Below the pieces are notes generated by a model. That model was not told the origin of the DNA. It saw nothing but the letters and a program-made list of their open reading frames with translations, and did no database searches. The translations under genes and the position numbers were made by a program. From Acidilobaceae archaeon (GTDB lineage: Archaea; Thermoproteota; Thermoprotei_A; Sulfolobales; Acidilobaceae), in the NCBI GenBank assembly GCA_038824665.1, contig JAWBBK010000001.1, forward strand, positions 128,001 to 192,000: DNA of 64,000 bases, in the 5' to 3' direction. This document shows, in pieces, positions 1 to 10,780 of this stretch; the first letter of the stretch is position 1, and each line of letters opens with the position of its first letter.

Positions 1-53
1 CAGAGATAAAAAGGAAGGCTTGAAGTCTTTAGCTTTAGCTAGCTTCTGAGGCT

Positions 54-1157
54 TTGGTGAGCTTAGTGAAGCATCTGCTCTCTGAGCTCAAATCTCTTGA
101 GAAGTTCTTGAAGATCAAGCCTCTGTACTTCGATGTTGAGTCTATGGAATTCGTTTGGCTCGATACTACTCTTATCCCCTTTAAGGAGGTCTATAGGAGA
201 ACAAGAGACTACAGGAGAGTAGCTGAGGCTATTAAATCTATGGAGATAAGAGGAGCTCCTGCAATAGGCGTTGCAGCGGCTTTCGGAATGGCTCTTGCAG
301 CTCATGAGTTCAGAAATATTAAGGACCTTCTTCCCTTTCTTGAAAACTTAGACAGAGCTAGGAAACACTTAGAGTCAACGAGACCTACTGCTGTTAATCT
401 CTTTTGGGCTCTTTCAAGAGTTTGGGAAACAGTTAAAAAGAGAGATAACGAGAGTCCAGATAAAATAGCCGATATAGTCTTAGAAGAGGCGATCAAGATC
501 TACATCGAAGATATAAAAACTAACATAGAGATCGGAAGAATAGGTTCTAGTCTAATTGAGAACAACCAAACAGTGCTAACGCATTGCAATACTGGAGCTC
601 TAGCTACTGCAGGCTTTGGTACAGCGCTTGGCGTCATTAGATACGCCTGGTATGAAGGAAAGAACATTAAGGTTATAACTACAGAGACAAGACCCCTTCT
701 TCAAGGAGCCAGACTTAATGCATGGGAACTCAAAAAAGAAGGAATACCGTTTAAGCTAATAGTAGACGGAGCAGTAGCGTACATGATGTCTAAAAAGATG
801 GTCGACTTGGTTTTAGTAGGGGCAGACAGGATAGTGCTCACAGGGCATACCGCTAACAAGATCGGGACCTTTCAAGTAGCGCTGGCAGCTTCTTATCACA
901 AAGTGCCTTTCTACGTTGTGGCTCCTACGACCACAATAGATAAAGATCTAAACCCAGACGAGATAGTGATAGAAGAAAGAAGCTCTGAGGAGGTTAAAAA
1001 AATCATGGGAACAACGTATATAACTTTAGAAGACGTTGAAGCTCTTAACCCCTCTTTTGATGTAACGCCTCCTGACCTGATAACAGGGTTTGTTACAGAA
1101 AGGGGGATCGTGAACAGACCGTTTGAGAAGAACCTACTTAAGGTTCTAAAGACTTAA
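54..1157 (+). CDS. mtnA: S-methyl-5-thioribose-1-phosphate isomerase (eIF-2B alpha/beta/delta family)
   Basis: Motifs MEIRGAPAIG, RPTAVNL, THCNTGALATAGFGTA, ETRPLLQGARL, GADRI..G.TANKIGT. Confidence 0.88.
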   Translation: MVSLVKHLLSELKSLEKFLKIKPLYFDVESMEFVWLDTTLIPFKEVYRRTRDYRRVAEAIKSMEIRGAPAIGVAAAFGMALAAHEFRNIKDLLPFLENLDRARKHLESTRPTAVNLFWALSRVWETVKKRDNESPDKIADIVLEEAIKIYIEDIKTNIEIGRIGSSLIENNQTVLTHCNTGALATAGFGTALGVIRYAWYEGKNIKVITTETRPLLQGARLNAWELKKEGIPFKLIVDGAVAYMMSKKMVDLVLVGADRIVLTGHTANKIGTFQVALAASYHKVPFYVVAPTTTIDKDLNPDEIVIEERSSEEVKKIMGTTYITLEDVEALNPSFDVTPPDLITGFVTERGIVNRPFEKNLLKVLKT

Positions 1158-2140
1158 AGAGCGATCAGAACTACCATATCATCTATCAAAAACCTGTACA
1201 GCTTCCTCATCGAAGATTCTCTTATCTTTAGCACCTTAGCGATCTCGGCTTGGCTGAGGTCGAATCCGAAGAGTCTAGCTATTAAATAGATAGTAGCGGC
1301 AGCTACAGCTTCAGGTTTCTTTCCATAAAGACTCTTTCCGCTTTTCGTTACGGCTTTGAGGAAGTCCAAAGAGTAGCTCCTTATTTCCATAGGTAAACCG
1401 AATTCTTGGACAGCTTTAGTTATATATGTGTCTATCCTGTTGAGCATTCTCTCAGTTCCGGAAGTTGTAGAGTCGTTTCGAGACAGAGCTGAGAGAACTC
1501 CTGATTGGCTAAGCTTCATCTTCGCATTCCACATATCGAAGGCTTCTACTTCAAGTTTCTCAAGTATTTCTTGTTGAGAGACTCCCAGATTGTACTTCTC
1601 CACTATCTTGTGGATTATAGCAGCCATTATCGCTCTACCCTCTTTTGCGCTTGGAACACCTACTCTATTTGTGAACTCGTGGAGGAGATGGCCGGCTTCT
1701 TGGAGTTGAGCTGCGCTAAGTCCTAGCAGACTAGCGGCTTCTCGTAGCGTTTGAAAGAGTTGACTCTCCTGTCTTTCTCTTCTGCTCATAGCTAGTGCTC
1801 TGTGCTTTTTGACCAGTTGTCTCATAGCGACCATTTTCTCTTTCTTTAAAACGTTTCTCGTGCGTTTAGCGTAGATGTCGACGACTATTCCATAGGCGTG
1901 GTGAGAGTAGTCTACAGGACCACCGTGCCTCTTCGAGAACTTCCCGTCGTCTCTATATATCCTCTCTGGGGCGCTACTGATAGTATTTTCTCCAAGGACC
2001 TCGCCCGTATCTGTACAGACCTCGTAGCCTTCGGGAGTCACGACTACGTTTTCACAATGCTTTACTTCGTGAAGAGAACTCTCGTAGTAGTCTGAAGGTT
2101 CCTCTATGTATTCGTAGTCGAAGAGATATTCATCTTTCAC
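1154..2140 (-). CDS. tfb: Transcription initiation factor IIB (TFB) paralog, divergent
   Basis: Degenerate Zn-ribbon (VCTDTGEVLGE), two cyclin repeats (GKKPEAVAAATIYL, SQAEIAKVL); GTG at 2140 with GGAGGT upstream preferred over the ORF-track start; follows gar1. Confidence 0.8.
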   Translation of the reverse strand: MKDEYLFDYEYIEEPSDYYESSLHEVKHCENVVVTPEGYEVCTDTGEVLGENTISSAPERIYRDDGKFSKRHGGPVDYSHHAYGIVVDIYAKRTRNVLKKEKMVAMRQLVKKHRALAMSRRERQESQLFQTLREAASLLGLSAAQLQEAGHLLHEFTNRVGVPSAKEGRAIMAAIIHKIVEKYNLGVSQQEILEKLEVEAFDMWNAKMKLSQSGVLSALSRNDSTTSGTERMLNRIDTYITKAVQEFGLPMEIRSYSLDFLKAVTKSGKSLYGKKPEAVAAATIYLIARLFGFDLSQAEIAKVLKIRESSMRKLYRFLIDDMVVLIAL

Positions 2141-2456
2141 TGCTTCTCGACCTCCTCGATCTCTGTGCCTTTCGCTTTCTCTCCAACTCGTAATATAGCA
2201 GAGTTTGAGCGGAGATCTCGACGTCTTCTTCAAGTTTGACCACAGCATAAGGTCTCTCAACACTCCCTATCACATCGATCAGCTTACCCACATATTTGAC
2301 TCTATCGTCATCTTTTATATAAACGCTTAAACCTAAAGGCAGAGGCTTCTTTCTAAACATTGAGACTAACGTTAAGCCCATTTTGGTAGTTTTCTCAAGA
2401 CGTCCTAGGGGTTTGAGACGTTGTGAACTGAAGGAGAAGACCAAGAACAGCACCAT
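2130..2456 (-). CDS. gar1: Gar1/Naf1 family H/ACA RNP subunit
   Basis: VGKLIDVIGSVERPYAVVK is the Gar1 signature; gar1-tfb adjacency; start uncertain. Confidence 0.8.
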   Translation of the reverse strand: MVLFLVFSFSSQRLKPLGRLEKTTKMGLTLVSMFRKKPLPLGLSVYIKDDDRVKYVGKLIDVIGSVERPYAVVKLEEDVEISAQTLLYYELERKRKAQRSRRSRSSER

Positions 2457-2521
2457 AGAGCGTGAGTGTCTATCGCTAATAAGGTGTCCGAGTTCTAAGT
2501 AGATAAAAACATATTTAAGCA

Positions 2522-3238
2522 CTAGAGGTGCCAGTGGTTTCTATGTCTTTTGGCTTTGCCTTCTGCAACGCTTCTCACAAACTCTAACAGGTCCTCTTCG
2601 TAAGGGACTCCCACGAAGGCGAGCTGTCCGTTTATTGCCGTAGCCGGCACGGTCATTACTCCATATTTATCGGCTATATCGGGGTTTTCAAAAGCCTCTA
2701 TAGCTTCGGAGACGAACACTGGGTTGTTCTGTTTGTAGGCCTCGAAGGCGAACATATGAGCTAAGAGCACAGAGTATGGACAATAGGGGCAGGGAGGAGT
2801 CACTATCGTTTCTATATGGATCGGCTTGTCTATAGCCTTTAGCTCTTTCTTAGTTCTAGGCGTTAACCCAGACTCGTTTTCGCTAATTCTCAAAATGGTC
2901 TCTACGAGAGCTCTGATCTCTTCTCCAGCTGGGATGCCTATCCACTTGATCCTGCCGCCGAGCAGAGAGACTGTAGGGACCCTCTGTACATTTTCAGCTA
3001 TGAACTCTTCTCTGTTATCTTTATTGTCATAGTTTAAGATCTTCACCTTTAGAAGAGGACTGTCTCCGTGTTTGGGACTCGCTTCTTCGAAAAGCTTAAG
3101 TAATCTCACAGTGTCTCTACAGGTCTCACACGCTGAAGCAATAAATACCTTTACTTCTACGGGATTCCGCATGTCCGTTAGAGTTTCGGCTAGCTCTCTC
3201 TTGAACCTTTCAGAGAAGTCAATGCTGTAAAATTCCAT
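2522..3238 (-). CDS. Protein disulfide oxidoreductase (two thioredoxin folds)
   Basis: CETC and CPYC active sites, GIPAGEE and VMTVP motifs; ATG at 3238 avoids overlap with the upstream gene. Confidence 0.85.
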   Translation of the reverse strand: MEFYSIDFSERFKRELAETLTDMRNPVEVKVFIASACETCRDTVRLLKLFEEASPKHGDSPLLKVKILNYDNKDNREEFIAENVQRVPTVSLLGGRIKWIGIPAGEEIRALVETILRISENESGLTPRTKKELKAIDKPIHIETIVTPPCPYCPYSVLLAHMFAFEAYKQNNPVFVSEAIEAFENPDIADKYGVMTVPATAINGQLAFVGVPYEEDLLEFVRSVAEGKAKRHRNHWHL

Positions 3239-3368
3239 CGGTAGCACCTCGGAGTGAGGTAGTATTAGAAGCTTAAAACTGACACTCTTTATAATTGTAT
3301 GAGACAGGAAGATCGCTGTAGTCTTAGCTCTCAAGGGTTTTTTAAGAAGTGTTGCTAAAGAGAATGTC

Positions 3369-4259
3369 TTAGTAGATCTTTTCGATATGTAGTGAGAAAT
3401 CAGCTTTGCTACAGACCTCACAAATCTCCTTGTCGCTTGGAGCTCCACAGAACGAGCAAAAGTGGTTGTAGCCTAGTCTGGAGACGCATATCTTTGCGAT
3501 CTTCGTGTAGACGTTGTTGTAGCTGAATTCGAGATCGGGACCTCCTCTTAGTGCTTCGGCTAAAGTCTTGGATAGGACGAGATGCCCAAAGCCTGGTATG
3601 TCGAATTCTTCAAGTAGACCCAAAAGGTAAGCATAAGAGACTACAGCCTCTTCTTCAAGCGGGTACAACGCGTTTACTATGGTGATTTCGTTGGCTCTGT
3701 GTTCTGACATGACCTCGAGCAAGTTATCACACGACCGCCTTATCAAGGCCTCTCCTACAAGCAGAAGGACTAGAGTTCTCGTTAGCGGAAACAAGACGAA
3801 GCTAGCCTTTAGTTCTCTAGAAACTCTTACGGCTGCATGTCTGCTCAACCTTAAGGTTTCGAATAAGTCCGTCGACAAGCTTTTTAGAGGTGGCGATAGA
3901 CGGATCGAGAGAAGGCTCCACCTTTCATATCTAGCTAGGAGAGTGGTCAATCGTTCTACGATCTTAGACGATATCTCTTCGTCCTCAGGATTGTCAAAGA
4001 GAGCTACATAAACGTGTGAATCATGCCCTCTCTTCGACTTAACGATAAGAGTAGCTAGTACTGTCGAGTGTATCGCTAGGTGAGCATAAATAGGGATTAG
4101 CACTCGAGAGGAGGGTCTGAGAACTTTCCATTGCCTAAGATGTTTTCTTATAGCCTTCTCTAGAGAAGACTCAAGGCAGGACTCACAAAGTCTCTCTCCG
4201 CTTGTTCTTCTATAATATCTAGCTGTCTTCACATTACATACATTACATACAGTCACCAT
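3369..4259 (-). CDS. Degenerate TtuA/Ncs6/Ctu1-like protein with terminal Zn fingers
   Basis: N-terminal CNVC..LCESC and C-terminal CSFC..CEVC as in the TtuA family, but the SGGxDS PP-loop is absent. Confidence 0.6.
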   Translation of the reverse strand: MVTVCNVCNVKTARYYRRTSGERLCESCLESSLEKAIRKHLRQWKVLRPSSRVLIPIYAHLAIHSTVLATLIVKSKRGHDSHVYVALFDNPEDEEISSKIVERLTTLLARYERWSLLSIRLSPPLKSLSTDLFETLRLSRHAAVRVSRELKASFVLFPLTRTLVLLLVGEALIRRSCDNLLEVMSEHRANEITIVNALYPLEEEAVVSYAYLLGLLEEFDIPGFGHLVLSKTLAEALRGGPDLEFSYNNVYTKIAKICVSRLGYNHFCSFCGAPSDKEICEVCSKADFSLHIEKIY

Positions 4260-4437
4260 GACTTTAGCCTCCTCGTTAACAGTGAGCTTTCTTTAGTTAA
4301 GACTAAATAAAGGACTCTTGAAGCTACTGATAGTGGCAAACAGATATGCCATAAAACTTTTTAGGCACTTCCGACTCTACTAACTTATATTAATCTTTCT
4401 AGGGATTAAAGAAGAGGCTAAGCAGGAGGTGGTCAGG

Positions 4438-6102
4438 ATGGCTACTATTCCCGTACTGATACTAAAGGAAGGGGCTTCTAGAACTTACGGTAGAGAGGCT
4501 CTTAGAGCAAACATCTTGGCAGCTAAAGTAATGGCTGAGATCCTGAAAACTAGTCTTGGTCCTAGAGGACTCGATAAGATGTTGATAGACTCTTTCGGAG
4601 ATATAACGGTTACTAACGATGGTGCCACAATAGTAAAGGAAATGGAGGTTCAACATCCTGCAGCCAAACTCCTAGTAGAAGTAGCTAAAGCTCAAGATGC
4701 AGAAGTGGGAGACGGAACGACATCCGTAGTAGTTCTTGCAGGAACTCTTCTCGAGAGAGCTGAGAGGTTGCTTGATGAGAACATTCATCCAGTAACCATT
4801 ATTACTGGATACACTAAAGCTTTAAACGAAGCTTTAAAGATTTTAGACTCGATAGCTATACCTATAAACCTCGATGACAAGACTACGTTGCATAACGTAG
4901 CTGATACTACTTTAGCCAGCAAGTATGTAGGTCATGGTCCAGAAAAGTCTAAGCTAATCGATATAGTAATTGAGACGATCAAGATAATAGCTGAAAAGAG
5001 GTCTGATGGCGGTTACAACGTGGACTTAGACAATGTAAAAATAGAGAAAAAGAAAGGAGGAAGTCTCTTCGATTCTAAGATCGTACAAGGTATCGTTCTA
5101 GACAAAGAGGTAGTACATCCCGGCATGCCCAAGAGGGTAGAGAACGCTAAAATACTAGTGCTCGACGCTCCCTTAGAGATCCAGAAGCCAGATCTCACAA
5201 CGAAGATAAGAGTGACAGATGTAGACCAACTAGAGAGATTCCTCGAAGAAGAGACCAAGATCCTTAGAGAGATGGTTGAGAAGATCGCTGAAACCGGAGC
5301 CAATGTGGTCATAACTCAGAAAGGTATTGATGAAGTAGCTCAGCACTTCCTGGCTAAGAAAGGAATACTAGCGGTCAGAAGAGTGAAGAGAAGCGATATA
5401 GAGAAGCTCGCTAGAGCTACGGGAGCTAGGATAGTGACGAGCTTAAGAGAGCTAAAGCCAGATCATCTAGGCTATGCTGCCCTTGTAGAAGAGAGGATGG
5501 TAGGAGAGGACAAGATGGTGTTCGTAGAAGGATGCAAGAATCCGAGAAGTGTGACTATATTGCTTAGAGGGGCCAACGATATGATCCTTGACGAGGCTGA
5601 AAGAAACATTAAAGACGCTCTTCATGCTTTGAGGAACGTGATGAGAGAGCCTAAGATCTTGCCTGGTGGCGGAGCAACAGAGATAGAACTCGCTCTAAGA
5701 CTCAGAAGCTACGCTAGAACTGTAGGAGGGAAGGAGCAACTAGCAATTGAGGCTTTTGCTGACGCCCTTGAAGTGATACCTACAGTCTTAGCTGAAAGCG
5801 CTGGCTTAGATCCTCTTGATTCCCTTCTACAGCTAAGAAGCTTACATACTCAAGGTAACCTCAAGGCAGGTGTGAACGTTCTCGGGGGCAAGATAGTTGA
5901 AGACATACTGACTCTTGGCGTCTTCGAACCTCTCCTAGTTAAGAAGCAAGTTGTGAAGAGCGCAGCAGAGGTAGCTATAAGCGTTCTTAAGATCGATGAC
6001 ATAATTGCAGCTGCTCCACCCAAGAAGGAAAAGGAGAAAGAGAAAGGAGAAAAAGAAGAAGAGGAAGAGAAGCCGTCTCCAGGTAAGCTAGACCTAGATT
6101 AA
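4438..6102 (+). CDS. thsA: Thermosome (group II chaperonin) subunit, probably alpha
   Basis: [30 protein letters not shown] motifs. Confidence 0.93.
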   Translation: MATIPVLILKEGASRTYGREALRANILAAKVMAEILKTSLGPRGLDKMLIDSFGDITVTNDGATIVKEMEVQHPAAKLLVEVAKAQDAEVGDGTTSVVVLAGTLLERAERLLDENIHPVTIITGYTKALNEALKILDSIAIPINLDDKTTLHNVADTTLASKYVGHGPEKSKLIDIVIETIKIIAEKRSDGGYNVDLDNVKIEKKKGGSLFDSKIVQGIVLDKEVVHPGMPKRVENAKILVLDAPLEIQKPDLTTKIRVTDVDQLERFLEEETKILREMVEKIAETGANVVITQKGIDEVAQHFLAKKGILAVRRVKRSDIEKLARATGARIVTSLRELKPDHLGYAALVEERMVGEDKMVFVEGCKNPRSVTILLRGANDMILDEAERNIKDALHALRNVMREPKILPGGGATEIELALRLRSYARTVGGKEQLAIEAFADALEVIPTVLAESAGLDPLDSLLQLRSLHTQGNLKAGVNVLGGKIVEDILTLGVFEPLLVKKQVVKSAAEVAISVLKIDDIIAAAPPKKEKEKEKGEKEEEEEKPSPGKLDLD

Positions 6103-6210
6103 AGAACAGCTATCTCATTTAATATTTTGGCTTACATATTTCAGTGCGTTCTTTTTAGACCACATTTTTCGATAAAGTCTAGACAACATCTAGACTTTCA
6201 GGGAGAGACT

Positions 6211-7347
6211 ATGAGGATCGGTCTAGTGATGGATTGGCACCCTTCAAGCACCGGTGGCGTACAAAGTCATGTCAGATACCTTGCTCAGTGGCTCAGTAGA
6301 AGAGGTCATGAGGTCGTTTTGGTGTCGCGTCGTATCGGTGCTAGACATGACGATAGCATTTCGACTCTCGAAAGCCTTGAAGTAGATTCTGTTTTGCCCA
6401 TAGAGTCCTTATTCGTTCCTCCTAATCCTATCAGTCTCAGAGAGGTTTTGTCCAATCAGCGATTCGATGTTATACACTCCCATCACATTTTCACTCTTCT
6501 CCCTCTGATGAGCTTGAAAGTGGCTTGGAGTCTAGGAGTTCCAAGAGTTATAACGAATCACACTCTCTTCTTCTTTCACGACTCAAGTATTTGGAACATG
6601 ATATCCTATCTTACACCAACAAAATACTACTTAAGATATGCTCAAACCGTTATTTCAGTTAGTCAAGAGGGTCGGAAGTTTGTTGAGAATATCATTGGTG
6701 ATAGAACGAATGTCAAGCACGTAGTAATTCCTAACGGTGTTGATTCAGAAAAATACAGCCCTCCAGAGAGAGAGCCAGAAGAAAACAGGATAGTTTTCGT
6801 TGGTAGACTCGTCCACAGGAAGGGGGTTCATGTTCTCATAAGTGCTATACCTCAGATTCTGAACGAAGTGAGAGACCTAGAGGTGGTGATTGTAGGTGAA
6901 GGGTATATGAAAACTGTAGCAAACCTTCTTTCCAAACTCATCGGGGTCTCCAAAAGAGTCAAACTATTGGGATGGCTTCCTGAAAGTGAGAAGATTAAGG
7001 TCTTGAAGAATTCTAAGGTGGCAGTAGCTCCAAGCATATATAACGAGTGTTTCGGTATAACAGCTATAGAAGCTATGGCTGTTGGGAGGCCGGTAGTTGC
7101 ATCGAGAGTCGGAGGACTCAAAGAAGTTGTAGAGCACGGAGTTACAGGACTTCTAGTTTCACCCGGCTCTAAAAAGGAGCTAGTAGAGGCTGTAACTCTT
7201 TTGCTTCAGGACGAGAAGCTTAGAAGAGAGATGGGAAGAAGGGCTAGAGAGACTGTAGAGAAGAAATACTCGTGGAACGTAGTAGTTGAGGACATAATTA
7301 AGGTTTATGATGAAGTTATGAGTGAGACGAGAAGTAGAGGGTTTTAA
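6211..7347 (+). CDS. Glycosyltransferase family 4 (PIG-A-like)
   Basis: GGVQSHV, VIPNGVD, GRLVHRKG, E.FGITAIEAMAVG.PVVAS.VGG. Confidence 0.85.
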   Translation: MRIGLVMDWHPSSTGGVQSHVRYLAQWLSRRGHEVVLVSRRIGARHDDSISTLESLEVDSVLPIESLFVPPNPISLREVLSNQRFDVIHSHHIFTLLPLMSLKVAWSLGVPRVITNHTLFFFHDSSIWNMISYLTPTKYYLRYAQTVISVSQEGRKFVENIIGDRTNVKHVVIPNGVDSEKYSPPEREPEENRIVFVGRLVHRKGVHVLISAIPQILNEVRDLEVVIVGEGYMKTVANLLSKLIGVSKRVKLLGWLPESEKIKVLKNSKVAVAPSIYNECFGITAIEAMAVGRPVVASRVGGLKEVVEHGVTGLLVSPGSKKELVEAVTLLLQDEKLRREMGRRARETVEKKYSWNVVVEDIIKVYDEVMSETRSRGF

Positions 7348-7580
7348 AAGAAGCACAGATAAGGTATGTCAGGACAGAAATCAAATCTTCAGAATGTTTG
7401 TATTTGTCTAAACATGTTCAAATTGAACTGTCTATCGCTATATTAATTTGTTTCTTCATACCATAAACAGTTCGATAAGAAGTAGAACAAGAGAAACTGG
7501 CTACAGACGCTATGATTACTAACATCAACGTTTTAGCATTTAGGGAATAATATAGGCAAGTTAAGTAAATAGAAACTTCG

Positions 7581-8327
7581 TCAGTCAGTTAGTTCATATA
7601 TTTTACTCGGATTGAGCATGAGTTCTGTTCCTATTAGAAAAGCCTTTGCTCCTGCCCTCTTTAGGTATTCTATATCTTTTCTATTCTTTATACCGCTTTC
7701 TGCCACCTTAGTTGCGGTATTGGGTATTTTTTCAAGAACTTTATACGCTTTTGAGAGGTCTATTTCTAATGTCGCTAGATTTCTTGAGTTTACACCGACC
7801 ATTGGAAAGCCCATACTAATCACGTGTTCAGCTTCATCTTCATCGTGGACCTCTATGAGAGCTTCTAGTTTAAAGCTTCTTGCCGTTTCATATAACATAT
7901 CTAGTTCTCTATCAGTAAGTATCGACGCTATTAATAAGATGGCGTCGGCACCTATATTGTATGCTGTTTCCACTTGGTTATAAGATACAACTATATCTTT
8001 CATCAATATAGGCAAATCAGTTATGGATGCTATAGATATGAGATTGTTATAAGAACCTCCGAAGTAAAGCTCTTCAGTAAGCACACTGATCCCTACGGCG
8101 CGTTTTTCTACAAGCTTCACATAATCTATAGGGTCTCTGATTACGTTCAGTCCTGAGGGCGACTTAGTTTTGAACTCAGCTATTATCGCTATGCGACCTC
8201 TGCTATATATCTCTTCTATTTTGTCTCTAAGGCTATGAAAACCACGAGACCTACTCATTCTGATAGCTGGTCTTATACTATTATACTTAATAACCTCTTC
8301 GAGCCATCCTTTAACGTTTTTTGGCAT
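7581..8327 (-). CDS. trpC: Indole-3-glycerol phosphate synthase
   Basis: IIAEFK.KSPSG, SVLTEE.YFGGS, PILMKD, GVNSRNL, VAESGI. Confidence 0.95.
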   Translation of the reverse strand: MPKNVKGWLEEVIKYNSIRPAIRMSRSRGFHSLRDKIEEIYSRGRIAIIAEFKTKSPSGLNVIRDPIDYVKLVEKRAVGISVLTEELYFGGSYNNLISIASITDLPILMKDIVVSYNQVETAYNIGADAILLIASILTDRELDMLYETARSFKLEALIEVHDEDEAEHVISMGFPMVGVNSRNLATLEIDLSKAYKVLEKIPNTATKVAESGIKNRKDIEYLKRAGAKAFLIGTELMLNPSKIYELTD

Positions 8328-8331
8328 AGAG

Positions 8332-8916
8332 CTACACCATATCTACGAAGTTCTTCAGCATTTGCTTACCGTACTCTGTACCCACACTTTCTGGATGAAA
8401 TTGAAGACCATATATTGGGTATTTTATATGATGTACAGCCATGATCTCACCGTCACTTAAAGAGATAGCGTCTATAGCGAGCTCTTCAGGTACGTTATCT
8501 ATAACTAAGCTATGGTATCTGGTTGCTCTAATTATCTTTGGTATATCTTTGAATAGAGCATTTTCGTTTAGTATCTTTATAGTGTCTATTTTTCCATGCA
8601 TAATCGTCCTAGCTCTTCTTATCCTCGCTCCAAATGCGTAACCTATTACTTGATGTCCGAGACATATACCAAGAATAGGTATAGATTTGCCGTATCTCTT
8701 TACAACGTCTAGAGATATACCTATATCTTCTTTCTTCTCAGGAGTTCCAGGACCTGATGAGATTATTATTTTATCTGGATCTATCCTATCTATAGCTGAC
8801 AGAGATATTTCATCGTTTCTCACAACAACAGCTGTAGCGCCTAGCTCGCTGACTATTTGAACTACATTGTACACGAAGCTATCGTAATTGTCTATTATGA
8901 GAATAAGCTCTGACAT
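8332..8916 (-). CDS. trpG: Anthranilate synthase component II
   Basis: IDNYDSFVYN, GICLGHQ, RYHSL, QFHPES. Confidence 0.95.
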   Translation of the reverse strand: MSELILIIDNYDSFVYNVVQIVSELGATAVVVRNDEISLSAIDRIDPDKIIISSGPGTPEKKEDIGISLDVVKRYGKSIPILGICLGHQVIGYAFGARIRRARTIMHGKIDTIKILNENALFKDIPKIIRATRYHSLVIDNVPEELAIDAISLSDGEIMAVHHIKYPIYGLQFHPESVGTEYGKQMLKNFVDMV

Positions 8917-10193
8917 TATCGTCCCCCGATAATGCCTAGAGCTGCCTTTAACGCAGCAAGTTTATGTTCAGTTTCTTCATATTCCATTCTAGGCTTGGAG
9001 TCGTAGACTATACCTGCTCCAGCTTGTATTCTTATAAGGTCTTCGTATATGAAGGCAGACCTAATGGCTATAGCCATTATTGCTTCACCAGAGGATGTAA
9101 AGAACCCCGTAGCTCCAGCATAAGGTCCTCTTTTGTATTCTTCTAACTCTTCTATTAACCTCATTGCAAAAGGCTTTGGAGCACCGCTTACAGTTCCTGC
9201 GGGTAACAATGCTTTCACTAAATCTATAACGTCATATTTCCTCTTCACAACGCCTATAACTTTCGATACCAGGTGTTGTACATGACTGTACTTCTCTATA
9301 TACATAAGCTTCTCGACCTTTATTGTACCAGGTACACATACTTTCCCGAGATCGTTTCTAGCGAGGTCTACAAGCATTAGGTGTTCAGCTCTATCCTTTT
9401 CAGATTTAAGAAGCTCTTCTTCAAGAACTCTATCTTCTTCAACAGTTCTTCCTCTAGGTCTTGTTCCAGCTATTGGATAGGTCTCAACAATCCCATTTCT
9501 ATATGAGTAGAGAAGTTCAGGACTCGCACCCAATATGATTCTGTTACCGAATTTTAAGAAGTATGTGTAGGGTGACGGATTTATCTCTCTAAGATTTAGG
9601 TAAAGGTCAGCGACGTCACCTGTATACGTGAATCTCTGAAACCTCGATAAAACAGCTTGAAAAACATAACCGCTTTTGATGTACTCGAGAGTCTCTTCAA
9701 CGACTTCTTCAAACCTTTTGCCGTCTAGAGAAGAATCATAAAACTCAGCTCTCACATTTTCTCTTCTACTATGTCTATCTTTACACTTTTCTAGCTGTTG
9801 ACCTTCTCCATCGATATAGATAAACCCTCTGTTGTAATCGTATACAGCTACGTTCGCAGGCTCAAAAAACTCTACATAATTCCACTTCTCTGGGTAAGGG
9901 CGAAGGTCCGGTATCTTCTCCCACAACCTTACAGCATCGTATCCAATGTACCCTATAAGAGTTACATCTAGAGGATACATATAGTTACGTATTTCAGCTT
10001 TCTTTAAACTTGCTCTGAGTTCGTCGAGAACGCCCTCATGACTTCCTTTCACAAGGTTTTTAGCTCCCCATGCAACAACGCTATAGCTTCTTCGAGCTAA
10101 GTCTTCGTATACAGCAAAAACCTCTTCCTCTTCATTAATACATTTTATAACGTCTTCAATCTTGGGCATATGCTTTATGTTTATTTTCTCCAT
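8916..10193 (-). CDS. trpE: Anthranilate synthase component I
   Basis: [45 protein letters not shown]. Confidence 0.95.
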   Translation of the reverse strand: MEKINIKHMPKIEDVIKCINEEEEVFAVYEDLARRSYSVVAWGAKNLVKGSHEGVLDELRASLKKAEIRNYMYPLDVTLIGYIGYDAVRLWEKIPDLRPYPEKWNYVEFFEPANVAVYDYNRGFIYIDGEGQQLEKCKDRHSRRENVRAEFYDSSLDGKRFEEVVEETLEYIKSGYVFQAVLSRFQRFTYTGDVADLYLNLREINPSPYTYFLKFGNRIILGASPELLYSYRNGIVETYPIAGTRPRGRTVEEDRVLEEELLKSEKDRAEHLMLVDLARNDLGKVCVPGTIKVEKLMYIEKYSHVQHLVSKVIGVVKRKYDVIDLVKALLPAGTVSGAPKPFAMRLIEELEEYKRGPYAGATGFFTSSGEAIMAIAIRSAFIYEDLIRIQAGAGIVYDSKPRMEYEETEHKLAALKAALGIIGGR

Positions 10194-10780
10194 GTGTATA
10201 CAACCTCCTTGAGCTTTCTAATCTTTTGTATGTCTTTCTTCCTGGGGTGGATCTCGACACCACTGGAGACATCTATCCATCTAGGTTCTAGCTCTAGGAA
10301 TTCATGTACATTTTCTAAAGTGATGCCTCCAGCTACTCCAGCATCCTTATGGTAATCTAGAAGAACTTTAAGCACCTTAGGATCACTAGGCACGCCTCTT
10401 ATTGGTGAATCAAATAACACTAGACTGAAGTATTTTTGCACTTTCTTCAGATAATCTAGATAATGTAGCGATGCAGGCACATACACTATGAACTTCTTTG
10501 TATAGTACGTTGACAAAGTCTCAATCTCCTCGTCTTTCAAGACTCTATGGATCTGCACATAATCTGCAGAACTGTTGACTAACGTTTCAATAGCTCCATG
10601 TACCTTAACGCTAACTAGAGGCGTTGAGACTATACTCTTCAGCTTAGTTACAAACTCTTCAGGAGCATATCTAGGGCTTACAGGATCCGTTACGATGCCT
10701 ATGAAGTCTACACCTATTTTGTCTATTTCTAAAGCGTCGTCTAGATTAGCTACACCACATATTTTCAACATTATTCTCAT
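10181..10780 (-). CDS. trpF: Phosphoribosylanthranilate isomerase
   Basis: KICG, SPRY, VQIH, AGGIT.ENV, IDVSSGVE. Confidence 0.93.
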   Translation of the reverse strand: MRIMLKICGVANLDDALEIDKIGVDFIGIVTDPVSPRYAPEEFVTKLKSIVSTPLVSVKVHGAIETLVNSSADYVQIHRVLKDEEIETLSTYYTKKFIVYVPASLHYLDYLKKVQKYFSLVLFDSPIRGVPSDPKVLKVLLDYHKDAGVAGGITLENVHEFLELEPRWIDVSSGVEIHPRKKDIQKIRKLKEVVYTWRK

